From: Candidatus Omnitrophota bacterium
Lineage (GTDB): Bacteria; Omnitrophota; Gorgyraeia; Zapsychrales; JANLHA01
NCBI GenBank assembly: GCA_020632535.1
Contig: JACKFJ010000001.1
Coordinates: 26,890-90,889, forward strand
Length of the DNA stretch: 64,000 nucleotides
Direction: 5' to 3'
Shown here: positions 36,103 to 43,502 of the stretch, piece after piece
Position numbering within the stretch: the stretch's first letter is position 1
How the letters are laid out: every line of letters begins with the position of its first letter
Notes under the pieces: generated by a model
Told to the model about the DNA's origin: nothing
Database searches by the model: none
Seen by the model: only the letters and a program-made list of their open reading frames with translations
Translations under genes and position numbers: made by a program

Positions 36103-37597
36103 AACCTTGAAGTTCAATCAAAAAGCCCAACAAGTCATTGAATATCTGCTCATTATGGCAGCTGTGGTCGCCGGTGTTTTGGGTATTGCCGGACCTTCTG
36201 GGCCGATGCGTAATGCTGTCGAAAAATCCTTAAATAAAGCTGTTGAAACAATCTATCAAGGTTACACATGGCGATTAGGTTCGCCGGGTCCCTGTTCTGC
36301 GTCATGCGGAATAGGTACGGCTTCGCGTGGTGTATCTTGTCAACGTGAAGACGGCGTTAATGTGGCTGATTCATTTTGCGAAGAAGCCAGTGGTGTCACT
36401 CGGGCATCTTTAGAAACGGTCGCATGTGATTCTGGAGTTTGCGGAAGCTATGCTTGGGTAGGCGGTGGATTTGGTGCATGCAGTGTCCTCTGTGGAGGCG
36501 GAACACAAACACAAACAGTTATCTGTCGTGATTCAGGGGGAGCAACTGTTGCGGATACATTTTGTGCGAGCGCTGGGCCCAAGCCAGATAGCCAGCCGTG
36601 TAATACGGGAGCTTGTTATGTTTGGCAATCGGGTGGAGCATGTACAACAACATGTACCGTAGCTTGTGGTATTGGAAGTTGTTCTCAAGACGTTAGTTGT
36701 AAAGACACTGTGTCGGGGACAACAACTGCTGATAGTAATTGCCCTTCTGGAACAAAGCCATCTACCACGATACCGTGTAATACATCATTAACGTGTGGTT
36801 TTCAATGGCAGGTGGGTAGTTGGAGTGCTTGTACTGTGGCGTGTGGAGGTGGAACGAGAACCAGAACAGTGCAGTGTATTCGCCAATCTGATGGAACCGC
36901 TGTTGCTGATACCAATTGCGATGCAGGATCAAAGCCATCTTCCAGCGGCACGTGCAATACCGTTTCATGTAATCATTGGGAATTGACGAGTTCTTGGGGA
37001 CCTTGCAATAGTGTTTGTGGGTCAGGAACACAGGAAATTATTGTAGAGTGTAAGAATTTGCAAGGAATCGTATTAGCGGATAATCAATGTGATATTGCGA
37101 CAAAGCCCAGTAGTACGAGGGCGTGTCCAAGCTTACCGTCTTGTGGATATAGTTGGGGAAGTAGCTTGTGGGGGTCATGCAGTGTTACATGCGGAACGGG
37201 AACGCAAAATCGCACGGTATTTTGTACAAGAACTTTTGATGGTACAAATGTTGATGTTTCCTTTTGTCAGGCGGCAGATCCTAGCGGGGAACCAGCGGCA
37301 AGTCAGCCTTGTACAATAGGATGTTATTCTTGGGTTGCTACGTCGTGGGGAGCGTGTAGCACGACATGTGGAATAGGAACACAATCAAGAAATTATGAGT
37401 GTCGTGATGGTAATGGAACTGGTCCGGTTGTTGGCGATAATTTTTGTATTGATGCTCTTGGAGCGCCACCGACAACGACTCAAAATTGTAGTGATACGTC
37501 ATCATGTTGTGGAAATGGGACGTGTGATAATTTCCCATCGCTTGGATATACTGAACCGTGTGATACTTGTTCGAATGATTGTGGGACTTGTGTTACT
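36103..37597 (+). repeat. Direct duplication, copy 2
   Basis: See copy 1. Homology starts 4 nt before the TTG start codon, so each copy has its own upstream region and RBS. Confidence 0.9.
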
Positions 37598-38407
37598 TTT
37601 TCTTGTACAGGTACTCCTGTCAATCGGTCAGAGATTTGCCCCGGAGCGGATGTGGGGCTAACGGCAAACACGCCATATAGGTTTTCGCCGGTATGTAACG
37701 GAACCAAGTGCCAAACAGTTTGTTCTTATGGATATTATTATTTTAATTCTAATAATTGTCGTACAAATCGGTGTTTAGGTGTCTCAGGAGGAGCTCAACT
37801 TTGTGGTAATGGACAGGATACGAATATTCCCACACACAATTATCGCGGGACTTTGGCGGCAAGCTGTGATGGTGTGACCAAATGTCAATCAACGTGTCGT
37901 AGCGGATATACATTTACTGGTAGTGCTTGTTATATTGATTATGAGTGGAGGACTGCTTCATGCGGAGCGTGTAATGCAATTTGTGGAGGCGGGACACAAG
38001 TGTGTACATATGCCTGTTATCAAAAATCGACTAATTTGCCTGTTGGATCTTCAGAATGCACGAGCCGAGGGATAGCTTCTCCCCCAGCAAATCAATCTTG
38101 TAATACAATTTCCTGTTGCGGAGCTGGGTATCTTTCTAATCCTAGATATGGCGGGTATGATTTGTTTGGTAGCGGTTCTTACGTTGCTAGTACAGCGACG
38201 GCTTATTGTCAATCAATAGGGTGCACAGGAAATAATGGTTATACGGTGACGACAGCAGGTGGACCGTTTCCTTGTGAATTTGCATATGTGACTGCGCCTC
38301 TGGTTATCGGCAATGTGAATTGTGCAGCTAATTCGTGGTGTGGTGTGTGTGTTGGGGGTAGTTTTATTGGATTTCAATATAAAATGAATTCAGTGAGTTG
38401 TTATTAG
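36107..38407 (+). CDS. Prepilin-like secreted protein with 7+1 ADAMTS-type thrombospondin type-1 repeats and a different Cys-rich C-terminal head (paralog 2)
   Basis: TTG start with GAGGT upstream. The first ~497 aa are nearly identical to paralog 1. The unique C-terminal ~270 aa contain two C..C...C..GY.F....C modules and an eighth TSR (YEWRTASCGACNAICGGGTQVCTYACYQKS...SSECTSRGIASPPANQSCNTISC). Confidence 0.85.
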   Translation: MKFNQKAQQVIEYLLIMAAVVAGVLGIAGPSGPMRNAVEKSLNKAVETIYQGYTWRLGSPGPCSASCGIGTASRGVSCQREDGVNVADSFCEEASGVTRASLETVACDSGVCGSYAWVGGGFGACSVLCGGGTQTQTVICRDSGGATVADTFCASAGPKPDSQPCNTGACYVWQSGGACTTTCTVACGIGSCSQDVSCKDTVSGTTTADSNCPSGTKPSTTIPCNTSLTCGFQWQVGSWSACTVACGGGTRTRTVQCIRQSDGTAVADTNCDAGSKPSSSGTCNTVSCNHWELTSSWGPCNSVCGSGTQEIIVECKNLQGIVLADNQCDIATKPSSTRACPSLPSCGYSWGSSLWGSCSVTCGTGTQNRTVFCTRTFDGTNVDVSFCQAADPSGEPAASQPCTIGCYSWVATSWGACSTTCGIGTQSRNYECRDGNGTGPVVGDNFCIDALGAPPTTTQNCSDTSSCCGNGTCDNFPSLGYTEPCDTCSNDCGTCVTFSCTGTPVNRSEICPGADVGLTANTPYRFSPVCNGTKCQTVCSYGYYYFNSNNCRTNRCLGVSGGAQLCGNGQDTNIPTHNYRGTLAASCDGVTKCQSTCRSGYTFTGSACYIDYEWRTASCGACNAICGGGTQVCTYACYQKSTNLPVGSSECTSRGIASPPANQSCNTISCCGAGYLSNPRYGGYDLFGSGSYVASTATAYCQSIGCTGNNGYTVTTAGGPFPCEFAYVTAPLVIGNVNCAANSWCGVCVGGSFIGFQYKMNSVSCY

Positions 38408-38432
38408 CTTTTTGATTTATTGAGGAGCAAAG

Positions 38433-38960
38433 ATGCTTAGTAAAATAGTTTTAATCATTTTAATTTTATTTTTGTCCAGCATGCGAGTTTTTGCGGGAGA
38501 GCAGGAGAAAATTAGCCAAAGTTTTGAAAAGGTACAGACAATGCCCAATGTCGTACAATTGAGTATCAAAGAGTATGTTGATCGTGAGAATAAAGATGTT
38601 GGAAGTTTGATTGTTCCTGATTCGCAGTTAAGCAAAGATCGTAAATTACGTTTTGTTAAGTATCTTGGTGAAGTAGGAATGTCTGGCAAAGATGTTTTGG
38701 CTTCCGCGCAATTTAAAGATTTAGAAACAAACGATATTCTTGATGTTGTTTTTTATGTGAAAATTGAGAAAGATAATGTTGCCGAGATTTTCGAAACTGT
38801 AATTTATAAAGTAAATGATCAAGAGCGATTTAAATTTGATCAACATGGTAAAAGATGGCCAATAATTCAAAATATAATTGATGATTTTAAAGTACCTTCA
38901 GAGTTTGAAAAATTAGGAATGCAGGTTGTCATTAAAGATGAAAATGCCGCAAAGCAATAA
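38433..38960 (+). CDS. Secreted/periplasmic protein, hypothetical
   Basis: Signal peptide MLSKIVLIILILFLSSMRVFAGE. RBS GAGGAG sits 26 nt after the paralog-2 stop, so the gene is probably co-transcribed with it. No family recognised. Confidence 0.6.
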   Translation: MLSKIVLIILILFLSSMRVFAGEQEKISQSFEKVQTMPNVVQLSIKEYVDRENKDVGSLIVPDSQLSKDRKLRFVKYLGEVGMSGKDVLASAQFKDLETNDILDVVFYVKIEKDNVAEIFETVIYKVNDQERFKFDQHGKRWPIIQNIIDDFKVPSEFEKLGMQVVIKDENAAKQ

Positions 38961-39366
38961 ATTCTTACCTCACGAAATTAATCTCATCCGTCGTTATTTG
39001 CTGTGGTGCTTTAAGACGACTCGCGAAGATTTAGACCGCATTGATCGCTACTTTACGCAAGCCTTGGTTGACCGTCGTTTTTTAGATATACTGCTAAAGA
39101 ATAAAGAAAACAGTAGTGAATATCAAAAAAAGATCGCGGATTTTCAGAGTTATATGGATATCAAAGAGAAAAATGCGCTAGGGAAGAAATATCTTAATTT
39201 AAAGAAAAAAACCCTTCAGCCAGAGTATTGGTATTTGCAAGCCCGTCTGGCCGCAATAGAGCAGGTGATTGTTGAATTTTTAGGTAAAAGAGAGTTAAAG
39301 TCTATTCAAGGCCTCTACGAAAATGAAATGACCCGCCGTATTCTTGAAGCTCGTGAACATGCTTAA
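38926..39366 (+). CDS. Cytoplasmic alpha-helical protein, hypothetical
   Basis: No signal peptide or TM; predicted helical. The start is ambiguous (ATGs at 38926, 38938 and 38944) and overlaps the end of the previous gene. Confidence 0.5.
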   Translation: MSLKMKMPQSNKFLPHEINLIRRYLLWCFKTTREDLDRIDRYFTQALVDRRFLDILLKNKENSSEYQKKIADFQSYMDIKEKNALGKKYLNLKKKTLQPEYWYLQARLAAIEQVIVEFLGKRELKSIQGLYENEMTRRILEAREHA

Positions 39367-39368
39367 CC

Positions 39369-39520
39369 ATTGCACGGAACGTAGTGACGAAGTCCAGAAA
39401 GGACTTAGTTTGTGCGCAATCTAGATTGCCGCGTCGTCCCTACGGGACTCCTCGCAATGGGTATCAAAATAAATTTACCTTGCGGGACTCCTCGCAATAG
39501 GCATTAAAATAAATTTATCT
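39369..39520. repeat. Palindromic intergenic repeat, family B: two full units plus a 37-nt local tandem duplication
   Basis: Unit 1: ATTGC...AGTCCagaaaGGACT...GCAAT (39369-39420). Unit 2: GATTGCcgcgtcGTCCCtacGGGACtcctcGCAAT (39424-39458). GGGACTCCTCGCAATGGGTATCAAAATAAATTTACCT (39444-39480) is repeated at 39484-39520 with 4 differences. Confidence 0.75.
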
Positions 39521-39554
39521 TTGCATTTTTGTGTGTTTGGAGTGACAATAAACT

Positions 39555-40226
39555 ATGCATATTTCAGGAACATTGTTAGATTATTTATTAGCGTTTGGTA
39601 GTGGTGTTTTAGTCAGCTTTACCCCATGCGTTTATCCTGTTTTGCCAATGACCGCGACTTTTATCGCCGGCATGAACTCCAAAGGGTCAAAATGGTTTGG
39701 ATTCTTGATTTCCCTTGTTTATGTTTTTGGGATGGCCTTAACATATTCCGCGTTTGCCGTTTTTGCCGCATTATCAGGTAAAATTTTTGGTCAGTTACAA
39801 AATAATCCGATTATTTTTATTATTGTCGCGAATATCATTTTAATTTTTGCTTTCGTTATGCTTGATATTATTCATTTGCCACATTTTGGTAAAAATACGC
39901 ATAAAAAGCGGCCGCAAAATTTATGGGCAGTTCTCTTGTTTGGGATGTCATCGGGATTGGTTGTCGGCCCATGCACCGCGCCTGCTTTAGGAACACTTTT
40001 AGCCTATGTCGCTTCGAAGCAGAATATTGTTAATGGCGTTTTTCTTGTATTTGTTTTTGCGTATGGCGTCGGAGCTTCGCTTATTCTCGTCGGGACATTT
40101 AGTGGTCTTCTGGCGAGTTTGCCAAAGTCTGGTCGTTGGTTGCTTTATATTAAGCGGTTTTGCGCACTAATTTTGATTATCGTTGCGGAATATTTCTTAA
40201 TCAAGGCGGGAAGTTTTTTCTTTTAA
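39555..40226 (+). CDS. ccdA: CcdA/DsbD-family transmembrane thiol-disulfide electron transporter
   Basis: Six TM helices with the two signature Cys-Pro motifs (SFTPCVYPVLPM and VVGPCTAPALG). Confidence 0.8.
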   Translation: MHISGTLLDYLLAFGSGVLVSFTPCVYPVLPMTATFIAGMNSKGSKWFGFLISLVYVFGMALTYSAFAVFAALSGKIFGQLQNNPIIFIIVANIILIFAFVMLDIIHLPHFGKNTHKKRPQNLWAVLLFGMSSGLVVGPCTAPALGTLLAYVASKQNIVNGVFLVFVFAYGVGASLILVGTFSGLLASLPKSGRWLLYIKRFCALILIIVAEYFLIKAGSFFF

Positions 40227-40279
40227 TTTGGTTTTATCATACTCACGCGATTTAACCGTGATTAACGAAAGGAACTCAT

Positions 40280-40561
40280 ATGCAAGCTTTTGTCATGTTG
40301 GGGAAATACTCGTCGGAAGCTGTGAGGGATATTAGCGCGAATCGGACTGATAAATCATTGGGTCTGATCAAAGAATTGGGTGGTAAGGTGATATCGATGT
40401 ACACCTTGTTGGGTGGATATGATGTTGTTCTTACTGCGGAATTTCCGAATTTGGAAGCCGCGATGAGAGCGTCTCTTGGGTTGACTATTTTAACGGGGAT
40501 TGGTTTTTCGAGTTATCCGGCTATTTCCGTTTCAGATTTTGATAAAATGATTGGCAAGTAG
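40280..40561 (+). CDS. GYD-domain protein
   Basis: 93 aa, MLGKYS.EA....ANRTDK...IKELGGKVISMYTLLGGYDVVLTAEFPN.EAAM, containing the eponymous GYD motif. Confidence 0.7.
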   Translation: MQAFVMLGKYSSEAVRDISANRTDKSLGLIKELGGKVISMYTLLGGYDVVLTAEFPNLEAAMRASLGLTILTGIGFSSYPAISVSDFDKMIGK

Positions 40562-40622
40562 TTGTGCTGTTTTTAAATTAAATATTTACTGCAGCAATGC
40601 GCGCGATGCCTCGTTTGTGTAT

Positions 40623-41495
40623 TTAGCTTTTTACACTTTTGAGAATATCAGCGACCGGGTGGAGTTTGTTTAAAGCGTAGAAGTGTAGTCCGGGCGCGCC
40701 GCCCCACAATAGTTCGCGACATTGTTTAACAGCAAAATCAACACCGGCCTTTTGGGTTTTTTCTTTATCATTGACAATCGGTTCGAAAATATTTTTGACT
40801 TCATCTGAGATTGTGGCTCCGCAGAGATTGCAAAATCGTACTAAACTATTGTAGTCGGTAATCGGTAAAATTCCGGGTATGATGCGGGCGCTGACGCCAA
40901 TTTTACGTAAACGTTTGACATAGTCAAAGTAATCTTTGTTATTAAAGAATAACTGTGTGATCACATAATCTGCGCCATTGTTGACTTTGAGTTTTAGAAA
41001 TTCTGCATCTTTGTCTCGATCAGGGCAGAGAAGATGTCCTTCGGGAAAGCCAGCAACTCCAATGCTAAAATGTTCACCAAATGAAGAACGAATCGCTTGG
41101 CATAGTTCACTCGAGTATTTGAAATTGTCTGGTCCCGCGACCCAGTTGGGATTATCCTTCGGTGGATCACCGCGTAAGGCCAGAACATTTGCGACACCGC
41201 GGCGCTTAATTTCGGTTAAAATATTTAGAATTTCTTCCCTTGTGTGGCAGACGCATGTTAAGTGCGCGACGCCGGGAATATGATGTTGTTTTTGAATATG
41301 TTCGACGATATCAAAAGTTTTGTCTCGGCTTCCACCGCCCGCGCCATAGGTGCAGGAAATAAAGTCAGGCTTTAATACTGCGAGGTCATCAATGGTGTTT
41401 AAGAGCTGCTGATACCCGTTTTCGGTCTTCGGCGGAAAAAGCTCAAAGGAAAAGGTGCGCTCTTGGGATTTAAAAATGTCGTTGATTTTTTTCAT
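40623..41495 (-). CDS. metF: 5,10-methylenetetrahydrofolate reductase
   Basis: FSFELFPPKT, FISCTYGAGG, HLTCV, LALRGDPP and DYVITQLFF are typical MetF motifs. 290 aa. Confidence 0.9.
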   Translation of the reverse strand: MKKINDIFKSQERTFSFELFPPKTENGYQQLLNTIDDLAVLKPDFISCTYGAGGGSRDKTFDIVEHIQKQHHIPGVAHLTCVCHTREEILNILTEIKRRGVANVLALRGDPPKDNPNWVAGPDNFKYSSELCQAIRSSFGEHFSIGVAGFPEGHLLCPDRDKDAEFLKLKVNNGADYVITQLFFNNKDYFDYVKRLRKIGVSARIIPGILPITDYNSLVRFCNLCGATISDEVKNIFEPIVNDKEKTQKAGVDFAVKQCRELLWGGAPGLHFYALNKLHPVADILKSVKS

Positions 41496-41605
41496 GGCTT
41501 ACTCTTTCGGAAACGCGATTATTATAACATGTGAAGTAAAATAATCATTTTTACTTAAATTTAATTTTTATCGACGACTTTTTATATTACAATGCTTCTC
41601 ATATT

Positions 41606-43006
41606 ATGCTTAAAGACATTAGTGCTCACTATGACCGCTTAGCGTCGCAACGGGATTCTTACCGCGCGAAAAACTCTTATTATTATTCACTCCTTGTGAA
41701 GGAGTATTGCTATTTTGTTGCGGCCGGCAAAAAAGTTTTGGAAGTGGGGTGTTCCACCGGCGATCTTTTATACGCGCTTAAACCGTCTGTCGGGGTGGGA
41801 ATTGATATCAGTCCTGCGACAATCAAAATTGCCAAAGACAAATATTCTCAATATCAGTTTGTAGACGGCACAATCAGTGACTTTAAGAGCGATGAAAAAT
41901 TTGATTATATTATTCTCTCCGGACTTCTAGGAGAACTGGATGATATTCAGAAGTTTTTTGCCGATTTGCAGAAATTTTGTCACCCGCATACGCGAATTAT
42001 TATTGAGTATTATAGTTATCTGTGGCAATACCTTTTGAAATTTGCTGAACATACTGATTCGAAAATGCCGCAAAAGAATCAAAATTGGATTACATACCAT
42101 GATGTTTGTAATTTTCTCGCCTTAACCGGTTATGAACCCATTAAAACCGAACGATCGATTTTATTTCCGAAAAAAATTTGGGGTTTAAGTTATCTTCTTA
42201 ATCGCTTTGTCGCGAAATTGCCGATTTTTAATGCCTTAACTTTGAATCATTTTGTGATTGCGAGGCCGATTGTTCATCATGAACAGAAATATGATGTGAC
42301 CGTTCTTGTGCCGTGTCGCAATGAGAAGGGAAATATTGAACAGGCTGTCACTCGTCTTCCGGATTTTGGCCGTAGTGTGGAGTTGATTTTTGTTGAGGGA
42401 GGGTCCAAAGACGGCACGTACGAGGAAGTTGAACGGATTATGAAGGCTTATCCTCTTAAAGATATCAAATTATTTCGACAGACTGGTAAAGGTAAGGGCG
42501 ATGCGGTGCGTTTGGGCTTTAGCAAAGCACGTGGGCAAGTTCTTATGATTCTAGACGCAGATTTGACAGTCGCGCCTGAGGATATGCCGAAGTTTTATGA
42601 CGCGATTTGTGACGGACGTGGTGAGTTTATAAATGGTTGCCGATTGGTTTATCCAATGGAAAAAGAAGCGATGCGTTTTTTAAATTTGCTTGCAAACAAA
42701 TTCTTTGGCGTATTTTTCTCTTGGCTTTTAGGACAGCGGTTTAAGGATACGTTGTGCGGCACGAAGGTTTTATTCAAATCGCACTACGAAGAAATTGTTG
42801 CGAATCGTTCTTATTTTGGGGAATTTGACCCTTTTGGTGATTTTGATTTGATTTTTGGCGCGGTCAAGTTGAACTTGAAAGTCATTGAACTGCCGATTCG
42901 TTATAAAGAACGTTTGTACGGAACAACCAATATTCAGCGTTTTCGTCAAGGTTTTATTCTTTTGCAAATGTGTGCTTTTGCAATGAAAAAAATCAAGTTT
43001 CGATAG
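41606..43006 (+). CDS. Bifunctional class I SAM-methyltransferase / GT2 glycosyltransferase (polyprenyl-phosphate sugar synthase-like)
   Basis: N-terminal motif I VLEVGCSTGDLL. The C-terminal GT2 part has VLVPCRNEKGNI and DADLTV (DxD), resembling DPM1/ArnC-type enzymes. Confidence 0.75.
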   Translation: MLKDISAHYDRLASQRDSYRAKNSYYYSLLVKEYCYFVAAGKKVLEVGCSTGDLLYALKPSVGVGIDISPATIKIAKDKYSQYQFVDGTISDFKSDEKFDYIILSGLLGELDDIQKFFADLQKFCHPHTRIIIEYYSYLWQYLLKFAEHTDSKMPQKNQNWITYHDVCNFLALTGYEPIKTERSILFPKKIWGLSYLLNRFVAKLPIFNALTLNHFVIARPIVHHEQKYDVTVLVPCRNEKGNIEQAVTRLPDFGRSVELIFVEGGSKDGTYEEVERIMKAYPLKDIKLFRQTGKGKGDAVRLGFSKARGQVLMILDADLTVAPEDMPKFYDAICDGRGEFINGCRLVYPMEKEAMRFLNLLANKFFGVFFSWLLGQRFKDTLCGTKVLFKSHYEEIVANRSYFGEFDPFGDFDLIFGAVKLNLKVIELPIRYKERLYGTTNIQRFRQGFILLQMCAFAMKKIKFR

Positions 43007-43070
43007 GCACAGTATTTCCAGAAATCGTTTGGTGCTAAGTTTTCTGATTAACTTTTGAGTAGAGGGGAGT

Positions 43071-43502
43071 ATGGAATTATCAAAGAGATCAACTCATTTG
43101 TTGCTGGATTTTGTTTCCAAGAATTATATGCTAAATATTCACTCCAGTCGCATTGATAGCGAGTTGGGTAAATTTGTAAGGGTATCAAAATCCTTTTATT
43201 CGTTGGGAAAAGCAGAGGTCATGTTTGATTTTCTAAATCAAAGAATTATTAAATCGTCGATATGTCTTGGTTTTAAAAGCCAAGAATTCACGTCGTTTCC
43301 AAAACAAGGTGCAATCAAGTTGTCGCGACGTCCGGCGTCATCCAAGCCGGATTCAAGTCATTATTATTTTATTAAAGTTCATCCGTTTAATGAAACATGG
43401 TTCTATTCCTACCGTGATTATAATGCCGCTTTAGCGTTTGCTTATCAGCTTGCGCAATTATTATCATTCCCATTCGAAAATCATGTTCAAGTAAGCTCAT
43501 GA
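43071..43502 (+). CDS. Hypothetical protein
   Basis: 143-aa ORF with GGGGAG upstream. The stop overlaps the next start (ATGA). No motif recognised. Confidence 0.45.
   Translation: MELSKRSTHLLLDFVSKNYMLNIHSSRIDSELGKFVRVSKSFYSLGKAEVMFDFLNQRIIKSSICLGFKSQEFTSFPKQGAIKLSRRPASSKPDSSHYYFIKVHPFNETWFYSYRDYNAALAFAYQLAQLLSFPFENHVQVSS

Noticed and set aside
34191-37707. Many 60-190-aa ORFs on both strands inside the two TSR genes (for example 35175-35735 minus, 34491-34757 minus, 36762-37031 minus, and 34806-35045 / 37089-37319 plus).
   Set aside because: They occur as mirrored pairs in both duplicate copies and lie wholly within the long Cys-rich reading frames, which have clear domain periodicity. They are artefacts of the repetitive, stop-poor sequence.
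39444-39520. Direct repeats that could be taken for a mini CRISPR array.
   Set aside because: There are only two copies of a 37-nt segment with a 3-nt gap, so no spacers. The sequence belongs to the family B palindromic repeats, and there are no cas genes in the window.
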